From positions 43,588,001-43,652,000 of the forward strand of contig NW_024704742.1 in NCBI RefSeq assembly GCF_018977255.1: a stretch of 64,000 bases of DNA, given 5' to 3'. Shown piece by piece: positions 11,159-22,537 of this stretch. Source of the DNA: Callorhinchus milii. Taxonomy: Eukaryota. The notes beneath the pieces were generated by a model that saw only the letters and a program-made list of their open reading frames with translations, did not search any database and had not been told where the DNA came from. The first letter of the stretch is position 1. Each line of letters begins with the position of its first letter. The position numbers were made by a program, and so were the translations under genes.

Positions 11159-13564
11159 CCAATGATCAAATTTGCACGATCATTTTTATTAACATGTTGG
11201 ATAATTCGACAGCCCAGCAATAATAATAATAATAATAATAATAATTGCATTTGATATAGCGCCTTATCATGTCATTGAGACATCTCATGGAGCTTCACAG
11301 AATATAATGTGAAGTGAATTGAATTTGTATTTTATGGGCAATTTGCTTTGTAGTCCCCCACTAAACTAAAACAAAACCATTTCCAAATATTTTACAGTTA
11401 TATTACTCCAGAATTTCAGTAAGACATTTGAGTCCTTTATGGAGCAGAGAGACTTGTATTTTTGCCTGTGTATTGAAAGCAATAGGCCTGACATTTTTCA
11501 GTCTTAGGCTTAAAATCATTGTCTTACATTTTTAAGATCATGCAGAATTTTTAGAAAATCTTGGAAACTTGTTTTCTAAAGTTCTTAAAAAGATCTGTGC
11601 CAAACCAGCTTCCAAATTAAGACTGAATTTGAAGTTGAGGATTTTCTAAAATTCTGCACAATCTTACATTTTATAGCTTATTATTTTATCAAAAAGATTT
11701 AATGCTTCATATATCAGTAATTCTAGATTTAATAAATAATAATCCATGCATTTGACCACTGAGTTTACTGTAAAGTATAATGATTGCATTTGTAAATGTA
11801 TGTAGCAGCCAAATTGCACACAGTCCCAGGACCACAAAATGAATGATCAATTTCTTATCTGGAGGTTTGATGGCCATCGCACCTGGAAAAAATCTCTTTT
11901 TAAATAGTGCCATGGGATCTGTTGCAGTCTCAGGAGTCTGGTTCCTGAGCCAGGCGGGTCCGCAGTATTCCAAGGCACCCCCGAAGACAGCACAGCCAGC
12001 CTGGCTCATTGGCAAGATCCGGAAGGGCAGACCAGTGACTCGGGGTAGGGAGTCATCCCACTCAACTCCTGTTAACTCTGCAAGCCAATGCCCTAATGGG
12101 TAGGGTGGTGCTAGCTGGACAAGCAGTGGGAAAGCTTGCCAAATCCCAACATGGGGCAAGAACCTACAACCTTCTAACTCAAATGAAAATGCCAGGCTGG
12201 CACAATTTTACTTTAATATTGTAATACCAAAGACACAAAGATTCGCATTTGAAGATTTGTTTATGCAAAAAGATACATAAAGCACAGACAAATAATTATT
12301 TAATTGCCAGACTAATTGAGTGATTGAAGTTGTTTTCTTCATGTTATGCACTTTGTTGGAAAATGCTGTGTGCAAATTGGCAGCCTACAATATACATTGT
12401 CACTACACTTTATAATGAATCCCATAAAGCGCTTTACAACATTTATTGATATCTGAAAGATGCCATATTAAACGCAAAGATTATTTATTATGTATAAATA
12501 ACACAATAAGAATGGTGCATTTGCCATTTAGTAGTGAGATAACAATTTATCTTTAAAAAGTCAATAATATGGTTATATTTTGGGCCTATTCTTTTTGAGT
12601 TTATTTGTAGTCAGCAATATTGGAATTAATACTGAGCATAATAAAGTGTTCACTGTACCTTTAAAGGGTCAGCTATAGAATTATAGGAAAGTGTGTGTGA
12701 AATCTGTAATATCGGAAATATGAGTTGCAATTAGTTGCCAGATTTAATTATATATAAGCTACATGAAAAAATAATATGTGCTAAAGATCAGAAACTATAA
12801 TTGCTTTGTTTTCTGAGAAACATGATTTTACATTTTTTAATAAAAATCCTGAATTATTTTCCTTCTTTTTTATTTGGCAGTTAGTATAATTGCATCCTAG
12901 TGTCCAGTTGAACACAAATTTAGTTAAGCAAATGATAACTGTGAATCTTCACCAAACCCTACACATCTCCCCCCTTCCCCCACCCCATATTTTTTCAGGT
13001 GAAGCCACGGGATTGCTGATGTTCAAAGTGGAAATATCACACTGGTGACAAAGGGTTCCAAGGTCGATAAATTTACGAACCTTAACATGAAGGAACATCT
13101 TATTCTCATGTGTTTCGTGATTTGGAGAATTGCCTTGGAGATAGAAGCAGATCAGATGGAACTTTACTCTCTTTTTAGTCGTTTTATCTATGACCTGTGA
13201 ATCCTTGATACTGACCCTACTGTTACAAAATTATAGGAAACCTAAGCTGCTTCCAATTGTTTATTTGGCTTCACCGCTAATGTGAAGTGCTTCAGGACAA
13301 TACTCTGCGTGAATGGCAGTATATAAATGCAAGTTGTTGTTGTATTTAAGAAGAGCTTGATGTGACTCCTAACTTTACAGGGGGTTAAAATTCTGGTAGA
13401 TGAATGTTGAAAGAGTTTAATGGCAGCACTGAGATATTATAGTAGAGGGGCACATCAACATCACTATCCAGCAGGTGAGAAATGGCACCACCAGTCACAG
13501 CCTGGCATACAAGACCTTCGCCAGCATAATTATAGGGCTCAACAAGGATGTGGCATCTTGCAGA

Positions 13565-14105
13565 CAATAACAACTTGCATTTATATAGCCTCTTCACAGT
13601 GGGTAGCATCTTGGAGCACTTTACAGTGGTGGAGCTTGACGCTGAGCCAGGGAGAGTGGGGAGGTGACTGTAGGCATAGTCGAAGAGGGAAATCTTCAGG
13701 TATGATCTGAAGATGGAGAAAGAGGGGGCAAGGCGGAGGGATTGAGGATTGAGAAAAAAGGTTCCGTAGTTTCGGGGCATAGTGGTTGAAGGCACGGTTA
13801 CTGCTGGTGGAGCGGAAGGGATAAGGGATATGCCGGAGGCAGTTGAGCGGAAGTGGCGGGTAGTGAAGTGGGAAGTAAGCGGATCAGAGAGGTAGGGAGG
13901 TGTCAGCACATGAAGTGATTTGTAAACAAGTGTGAGGATCTTGAAATCGATCCGTTCTGTGGCAGTAAACCAGCGAAGCCTTCCAAGGACTGGGGTGATG
14001 GGGATGCAGAGTTTTTTGTGGGTGAGGACACAGTTTTGAATTCATTGGATTCTGTGAAGGGTGGAGTTAAGGAGACTGGCGAGGAGGGCATTGGAATAAT
14101 CAAAG
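13565..14105 (-). mobile_element. L2 3' fragment
   Basis: ORF 13385-13909 (PPYLSDPL...LRLAPSFSIFRSYLK) and an L2 tail. Confidence 0.8.
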
Positions 14106-15509
14106 TGGGTGGGGGGGGGGGTGGTGGAAGTGGCAAATGTGTGGATAATGGAGGAGCTTCCAAATGCTAAAGGGCAGATTTATGGTTATGCACTATTTCT
14201 TTCAGATTTAATGCACTCAGGCTATGTCCTCTTATGTTGCATCTTGTGTCACCAAACATGTCCCACCTTATCAATGTCTCACACAGCAGTTTTGAACAGT
14301 AGGTAAAACTCCCCCAAAAAATTACGTTTCATGGAGTCATTAGAGTTTTAATACATGCCAGGCCAGAGGAGAGGAACTCCTAACCACAAAACTTAATGTT
14401 AATATTTTCAAGCAGAGATAGATAGATATATGTTAGGTCAGGGTATTAAGGGATATCGGGCAAGGGCAAGTAACTGGACTTGAAGTACAGATCAGCCATG
14501 ATCTTATAAAATGGCGGAACAGATTCGAGAGGCTGAATAGCCTACTCCTGCTTGTATGTTTCTAATTAGAGAACACTTGGAAAAAGAAACATCAGCAGAT
14601 TTATAGAACTTTAATACATTAATATTATTTAATGCACATAAAACTCTCTTCCTGTTAGGAAGGGAGGAAAGCATCAAAGTTAATACAGAAACATTAAAAA
14701 GTACATTGATCTCTGCTAACAAAACTCTGTATGGCTACATTTCTTGTCATTACAAAGCATTACCCATTGCCCAAATAACATTTCCCAAAATATTTTTACA
14801 ATGGTAATAATGGTAAGCTTATGACAATCACTGTGATCATTAGTCTAATGTGATACATCTGAAGAACAGATGTTCAGCGAAGGTTGAGGTTCCTTTATTG
14901 TGACAGACGATGATAAAAGCTGTTGTAGATACAGTTTCTCTTCCACTTGAGAGACAAACCAATGTCAGTTTCTCAGATGTTTAAACAACAACTTCCATTT
15001 ATATAGCATCCCTTACACAGTGCTTAAAAGTTGCTGAACTGTGAACGTGATAGCAACACAGGTTAATGAGATGCCAGGAGCAGATAGGGGAGGGGGTCAT
15101 TTGAGGTAGTTTGTATTCGGGTCCTTCAGATGCTCCAATTCCCGCTTTTAAGACAATAAGATCCACACACACAGGTCTGTTCAGAAGAAGCTCTTAAAGA
15201 CACAGATAAGGACATCAACTTGAAGACATGTCTTGCTATGATTACCTGGAAATTTCAGACTACCATATACTGTACAATCTTTACAGCAGTTAGTCACTTG
15301 AAATCAAAACCCCAAGATCCAATTGACCAATCATGGATATGGTATCAGAGTTACACAGTGATGTCAAGAAGTTACCGACTTTTAGACATCTCACATAATT
15401 CTCAGAGTATTTTTGCACATCTTCCATGCATAAACTTACTATTACTGAAAGTCTGGGATTTGTGGCACCTGTGTTTAATGCTGGGAAAAAGAAGACGTAA
15501 TGAATTTTG

Positions 15510-16345
15510 GCCATCAAGTCTTGGATGAGAGCTAACTTTCTTCAGTTGAACGTCAACTGGACCGAGACTCTCCTGATTGGCCTCCACACCTCAGGTGCTG
15601 ACAGCATCACCATCCATGGTTGCACACTCCACCTCACTAAGCCAGTCCGGAACCTTGGAATCTTGTTTGACCCTCAACTATCCTTTCTACCCCACATCTG
15701 CGCCATGACCCGCTCTGCCTTCCCCCACCTCCACAACATTGCCCGCCTCCACCACTGTCTCACATTGCAGGCTGCCGAAACCCTCATACATGCCTTCATT
15801 ACGTCAAGGCTTGACTGTGCAAACTCACTGCTTGTTGGCCTCCCAGACTCCTCCCTCCACAGGCTGCAGATCATCCAGATCATCCACCCTCATCCTTGCC
15901 TAACTTCACTGGCTTTCCATCACACAGAGGATACAGTTGATGATCCTGGTCCTCCCCTTCAAAACCCTTCGCGGTCTTGCTCCCCCCTGCCTCTACGACC
16001 TCCTAACACCTTACCATTCTGTTTGCTCCCTCCGCTCAACGGGCTCCGGCCTGCTTCATGTCCCCGCCTTGCTCACTATCGGCGTGCGGGTCTTCCGCCA
16101 CTCTGCCCCCACCCTCCGGAACTCCATTCCGCAGTCACTCCGTCTCATCCCCTCCCTCGCCACCTTCAAGACCCACCTCAAGACCCTCCTCTTTGACGTG
16201 CTTTTGATCTCCCTGCTTCCCCCCCTTCCCGCCAACCTCCCCCACCCCAACCCCAGCTCAGGTTCATAACTCTGTCTGTCCATCGCCTAGGGTCGTCTTC
16301 CCGACGTGAAAGGCGCTATACAAATGTAATTTTGTTGTTGTTGTT
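15510..16345 (+). mobile_element. L2 3' fragment with (TTG)n tail
   Basis: ORF 15507-16196 IKSWMRANFLQLN...AETLIHAFITSRLDCANSLL. Confidence 0.9.
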
Positions 16346-16779
16346 GATGTGATATGCTTTACCCACCAGCCAGGATAAAAAAATCTGCATACCTTTTTAA
16401 AGCTAGAAAAAACCTGAAAGAATCCAGAGTTCAGCGATGTCAATTATTTTTCATTTCCAGACACCAGATCCTGTAATAATAATAATAATAATAATTACTA
16501 TTGATATAGCACCTTTCATGTGTATTTTGCATGAGAATGCGGCAGCTAATTTGTTCATAGCAGTATCCCACAAATGCCATGAAGTGAATGAATAATTTTA
16601 TAAGGGAATTGTTGGACAGGACACAAAGAGAATTTCCCTTCTGTTTTTGAATAGTGACATCTCTTCAATCCAATTTGTATACAAAGAACCAAGGTCAATG
16701 GTTTGTATTTCAAGGTTTGTTGGACATCAAGAACAAGCTTTCTTTCTTTTGAATACTGGCACAGATCTAGGTACCACCA

Positions 16780-17026
16780 TTTATTTCCATTCTCCTCCTC
16801 CTCTTACTCGGTTGAATACATTCTGGATGAAAATAATTAACTTACAAAGGCCAAGTGCAAATAAAACAAGTGATGTGTGAAACTTGCAACATTATATAAT
16901 TCAGATTGCCACACTTAGCCAGAGATAGCCAGTGACTGAGATTCTAAATCTGGAATCAGACTTGTCACTGACCTCACACACGGGAATCGGATCTGAAAGA
17001 GAAGATTTGCCTCTGAAATACAATCA
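16780..17026 (+). promoter_or_regulatory. Conserved upstream module of copy C
   Basis: Pyrimidine tract, ccaagtgcaaataaa, TATATAA at 16893-16899 and the shared leader. Confidence 0.45.
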
Positions 17027-17758
17027 ATGATGAAACGCTCAAGGCTGAGCTTCCTGCTTTTACTCGGGACTCTTGTGCAGTTGGTTGCAGAGGTGCAAGG
17101 TGGACCAATTTTCAAAGTTGGAAGACGTGTACTAGGTGGACGATTTGGAATAGGTGGACGATTTGGATCAGGTAGACAAGGTGGAGGAGATCTCTTAATC
17201 TCCGGACTCAGTAACAACAGTGATCTATTGTTCAATCCTCTTCTTGCAAAGAATCAAGGCCCTGCATACGCCGCATGTAGAATAATGCCAAGCACCACAC
17301 TCAGAGCAGGCGAGCCAGCCATAACAGGATATGCCGTCTTCAAACAAGAAGGACCAAAATCCCAAACAGAGGGCTACTTCAAATTGCAAGGATTTCCTGC
17401 AAGCAGCAGCAAGCATCCAATGCATGTCCATGAGCTTGGATTCTTGTGCGATGGCTGCGTCTCTACTGGGGGTCACTACAACCCCTTCGGTACAAGCCAC
17501 CCCAATCACCCTGGAGACTTCAACAATTTCGAAATAACTGGTGGGACAATTACAAAACGCCTCACTGGTCTCAAGGTGACCTTGTTTGGCATTAATTCGA
17601 TTCTTAGCCGAAGTGTCGTCTTGCATAATGGTGTGGATGACTTGGGACAAGGTGGGGATAGTGGAAGTCTTCAGCATGGAAACTCAGGGAAGCCTATAGC
17701 GTGCGGTGTCATCAGAGTCAGTAATGCTCAGTTTTGGAATTCTATAGCTACTATGTAA
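17027..17758 (+). CDS. SOD3: SOD3-like copy C, 243 aa, secreted, Gly/Arg-rich N-terminal insert, catalytic Arg replaced by Pro
   Basis: Signal peptide MMKRSRLSFLLLLGTLVQLVA; motifs YAAC, MHVHELG, GGHYNP, HPNHPGDF, VVLHNGVDDLG and GNSGKPIACG. AATAAA at 17833 and 18155. Confidence 0.93.
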   Translation: MMKRSRLSFLLLLGTLVQLVAEVQGGPIFKVGRRVLGGRFGIGGRFGSGRQGGGDLLISGLSNNSDLLFNPLLAKNQGPAYAACRIMPSTTLRAGEPAITGYAVFKQEGPKSQTEGYFKLQGFPASSSKHPMHVHELGFLCDGCVSTGGHYNPFGTSHPNHPGDFNNFEITGGTITKRLTGLKVTLFGINSILSRSVVLHNGVDDLGQGGDSGSLQHGNSGKPIACGVIRVSNAQFWNSIATM

Positions 17759-18819
17759 CTGACTGTCAGACTTTCATTATTAGCTTTCTTTAAAAAAATT
17801 GACCAAGTCGATTCTTTTTTTTGGGGGGGGGCAATAAAAGTAAAACCACTCCCAAATATTACATGTAATGTGTACCCTTACTGTAATGTTTCACTGTCCG
17901 GTGGTAACTTGTAATCCCCCAGGACATTGGTAAAATAATTCCAATCTCTGGTTGGATAGAAATATTTGGCTATGCATTTATTTTTATCCACATATTGCAA
18001 TCAATAGAAGTAGTCCTATATGTAACTTTTATATAGGAAGCCTCTAGAAAATATTGAGATTCTGTAGTTATAATCTTATTGAAAGAGGAAAATCCATCCT
18101 CAATAGAGTCCTTGTTTTTTTTCTTATGTAGTTTTGCTCTCCACATCCCATGTCAATAAAAAGCCTACAGGACATTTAGTGTTACAATACTGGCCACAGA
18201 AGGAAAGTTTCATAATAGAAGATTTATTTATATAATGAAATTTAAATCACAGACAAACAAGCAGCTGTTTGCTAGACGAGCTGAATGATTGAAGTTGTTA
18301 CATTGTGCATGAAGATAGCTGCCGTGATTCCTTCTGGAGCGTGAAACTTTATGTCGGGTGCAAACAAATAGATCACCTGTAAAACAATTAGCAATACAAT
18401 ACAATGTAAAACAGCAGAGGTGATCAGCTAACTAGAACTTTCAGTTATTTTCTCTCATCTTATAATGGTAATAATTGATTTTATTATTGGACTAAATTTA
18501 AATTTAATAGCAATGTATGTATGATATGTAGAGCTGTAATTACAATTCACAGATGACTGATGGGCAACTTCCCAAAGCAACATTAATCAATAAATCCTGC
18601 CTTGAAACTGTTACTTAGCCCATTGCTATCATGGAAATTGTCAGGTCTGTTCCTTGACAATTTTGTTTATAGACCAGGATGGGGACATATCGTATCTTGA
18701 AATTGGCTGATATGGAGCAGGAAGCCTCTTTTAAACTAATGGTCTTCATCCCATTGGCAGGGAGATGATGATATAAGGGAAGAAAACTGAAATCCAAAAT
18801 TAGAGTAATAATCCACGAT

Positions 18820-19350
18820 AATAATAATCTTTGCATTTGATACAGTGCCTTGGGACGTCTTCCCGACGTGAAAGGTGCTATACAAATGTAATCTTGTTGT
18901 TGTTGTCTATCATGTCTTCGAGACTTCTCAAAGCGAGTCACAGAATTGATTGTTTATTTTGTGGGTGAAATGCAGCAGCCAATTGCACAAAGCAGTGTCC
19001 CACAAACAGTGGTGGATTGAGTGAACAATTTTTTTTAAGGAATTATTACCACCGGAAAAGCGATCCGCCAATCGACTAACAATTGGGTTCCTACTTACAG
19101 CTAGGTAAACATAGGCGTGTGGAGTAAGGAAACTTGCCTAAAGTTTCGCCCTGTACACATTTACAGGAATTGCAAATGCAGCCTTATTAATAATTTATAC
19201 AAAGTGAGAATATCTTGTTTCAGTATATGAACTTGATGCCTCTCTCTGACTCAATACTTGATGCTTCTCTCTGAATCAAACCCAGGTCTTTTGCTTGCGA
19301 GGCGAGCGCTCTAACCACTGAGCTAGAGCATTCCACATGTGAGCTACAGG
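18820..19350 (-). mobile_element. tRNA-derived SINE, composite or interrupted copy
   Basis: Same body as 49965-50277 (cagccaattgc...cccacaaacagt); tRNA-like head at ~19275-19350. Confidence 0.7.
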
Positions 19351-20259
19351 ACTCCACATACGACTCGCATGTGGAGATCTCTGATATTCAATGTTAATTT
19401 TCAAATAGGTTAAAAGCTATCTCTTTAATAATAAAGCCTCTTGAATTTTCTTTTGCTCTTCTTTGGTCTTCCCCAAAATGATTGAGAACCCATTTTAATA
19501 ATAATAATAATCCTTGCATTTGATATAGCGCTTTTCACGTCGGGAGGACGTCCCATAGCACTTCACAGAACACACTGTAAAGTGAATTGACTGTATATTT
19601 GTGAGCGAATGCGGCAGCCAATTGCGCACAGCAATGTTCCATAAACAGTCATGGATAGAAAATCACCAATTTATTATTGTTTTTGGTTTTGGAGGGATTA
19701 TTTTAGCACAAAGCCCACATTAATTTGTTCACTACATTTGTGTCACAGTTTTGACAATCAATGTCTTGCCAAAACATCTCCTCCAAGTGGTCTCAACATA
19801 TATGGTTCCAGCCTCATTCACTTTGGGAACATGCCACTCAACCCCAATTTATACTGGACTTTCGCAGCAAATTACCGCCAGTAACACAATACGAATGAAG
19901 CATTTATAATAACATACAGAGATAAACATTTATATTTAGAAAAGCACCTATAAGATGCAATCCAAAATACAATACAAAATTACATTTGTAAAGCGCTTTC
20001 ACATCAGGAGGATGTCCCAAGGCACTCGAAGGTTATACAAATATGTTTAGCACCAATCATTTGGAATTTTATTTGTAAGCAGTATTGGAATTAATACCCA
20101 ACCCAACAAAATGCCATGACTTTAATTGCAGCACAGCATTTTTTGGTATATCTGTCAATCCTTCATACGTTTCTTTGCTCTTCTACAGCAACCATTTTAA
20201 TTATGAATGAAAATCAATTCACTTGTGAGGCGAGCTTCCCCCATATCTCCTCAGAGCTT

Positions 20260-21300
20260 CCATTTATATGATGCCCTTCACATAGAATAACATCTCAGAG
20301 AGTTGTTCAAAGAGGCATTGGACATGGAGCAAGGAAAGGTAAAGTGGTTAGGGAAAGGGAAATATGATCGTAGGTTTAATCGAAGAGATAGACTTTAAGG
20401 TGGACTTAAAGAAACAATTAAAAGACAGATAGAGGGAAAGCAAAATGGAGAAGTAGAGAGAAAGAATTCTACAGGTTTGGGGTGGAGATTTGACCACCGA
20501 TGGTGCTTGGTGGCATGCAGTATGTCTGATTTAGTCAAACAGAAAGGACGAGTAAAGGAGTTGGGGTAGAGGTAGATCAGAGGGATATTGAGGTGCTAGG
20601 GAATGAAGGGAATAGTATGTGAGGATGAGGATGGTGAAATCAATTTGCTGTGAGCTAGGGAGCCACGCAAGGACTGGAGTGAATGGACATGCAGAGTTTA
20701 GTATGGGTGAGGATTCGGCAGTAGATTTTTGAAAACTTGCAGCTTACACATGAAGGAGAAATGGAGCCCATCAGGCAATGCACTTAAAACGTCTAAATCA
20801 AAGATTACAAAGGCATAAATAAGAGTTTTGGCATTTGGTGTGAGATGGGGTGGAGGTTAGTAGGTCAGTAATGTAACTGAGGTGGAGAAAAGCAATCTTG
20901 GTCAAGGGATTGGATGCGATGGAGAAAGGAAAGCTGAAGATCAAACTGGACAACAAGGTTACTCAATGTTTCAGTGAGTTGCAGAGAGAGAGGCCTGGAA
21001 GTTTGAAGACATCAGAGCCAGATTTGAGGAAATGTTGGTGGCAGTCAAATAATATGACTTCTGCCTCATCCATGTTGAGTTGCAAGAAACTGTGCCTCAT
21101 CCAGGCCTTGACGTCTGACAAGCAAGTGGATAGAACATATAGGATATCAGTGGACTTGGTAGCAAAGTAGAAATGAAAATCATATTTGGGTGTCAATCTA
21201 TATACATGTGGAAGTTAATCTTGTGCCTGAGGATGATGTTGCCAAGAGGGAATATGTAGGAGAGAAGGGAGTATGAAGGAGGAGGCTGAGGATAGAGGAC
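20260..21300 (-). mobile_element. Old L2 LINE fragment
   Basis: ORFs 20963-21196 and 21193-21408 (CLSDVKAWMRHSFLQLN; PLGNIILRHKINFHMY). Confidence 0.8.
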
Positions 21301-21654
21301 TCTGCAGCCTCTATCTAGGAGGCAAAATGGAAGCGGTGTTTCAGGCAGACTGGAAACCAGGAAATATGCAGTCCCATGAAGGTAACCCATACAAAAAACC
21401 ATCACCATCCTTGAGTTTCAAACCAAACTGAGAATTCCATATATCCACATATACATAGAAAGTCCAGAGATGCTTATTGGAATATAATAATAATAATAAA
21501 TAAATAATAATAATAATAATCCTTGCATTTGATATAGCAATTTTTACGTCTCAAAGCGCTTCACAGAATATACTGTAAAGTGGATTGACTGTATATTTGT
21601 GGGTGAAACGTGGCAGCCAATTGCGCACAGCAGTGTCGCACAAACAGTCGTGGA

Positions 21655-22537
21655 GAATGCACACTCTCAACCTAAAGAGATGTATCCTGCTTAACTAATT
21701 CTGTAAAGTATTAGGCGCAGGTTGGCAAAAGCCCAGGCTTGGGAACCCCAGATTGTGTGTTGGGGTAATACTGGAATCTAACCACCTAAATTGACATAGG
21801 TTTAGCTGGTTAGCTGGCACCATTGACAGCACTGCCTGGCAAGCTTTCCTGCTGCTTGTCCAGTTGGGACCACCATCTCCCTGATGGCTTTGGCTTGCAG
21901 GTTTAATGGAATTGGGAAGAGTCCCTGCCCCAGGGACTGGTCTGTCCTTCCAAATCCTGCCGATAACCCAGGCTGTCCTGTCATCAGTAGTGCTAGATCA
22001 GCTTTAAAGAGACCTGGCTTACCTCCCGTCCTCTTCAAAGATGATAGGCACTAGTTGGTCATATGACATTCCTGGTCCCTGCCATCAAATTCTTAAGGGT
22101 TTGACCCATCATTAGGTGGATGGTAGGTACCAGGAACTCCCTGTAAGTTTCCCAGTGGTCAACACAGCTCAACATAAAATGTGTGAGAGCATTGCCACAA
22201 TCTTCCTGCCCAGAGGTCAGACATACATCCCTTTCAATTGAGTGATTGAAAGTGCAGATCTTAAGCAGCAGCTGTTTATCTCTCTGCAAACCAATCAAAG
22301 TGGCGCTAGTTGTATGAATGCGTATTCACAAACCAGGACTCCAGGTAATACCTGCCCGCAGCTGTCGCTCCAAACCTGTTTACTCATCAGATATCTGATG
22401 GACTTCTGCCTTCAGTGTATTGGGAGGACTTTTACAAGTCCTTGTGATGTGCTAGCCATCTTGATATTCCGACGTCCCCAAGTCCAATGCTGCGTACCAG
22501 GTTTATTCATCACCAATTGCTTAATCCAAGTCCTCAA
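21655..22537. repeat. Unclassified dispersed repeat; related copies at ~280-445, 2900-3020 (inverted), 42830-43200, 45430-46430 and 55930-56230
   Basis: Shared words such as aaagtattaggcgcaggttggcaaaagcccaggcttggg, tttggcttgcagg, gactggtctg, gtaggtaccaggaactccctgt and aattgcttaatcca. Confidence 0.7.

Noticed and set aside
17135..17167. GGRFG repeats as an RFamide neuropeptide precursor
   Set aside because: RF-G is followed by Ile or Ser rather than the basic residues needed for cleavage and amidation.
17225..17677. Antisense ORFs over SOD copies (150 aa here; also 3844-4125, 10348-10623 and 41879-42118)
   Set aside because: Shadow frames of coding sequence, not conserved between paralogs.
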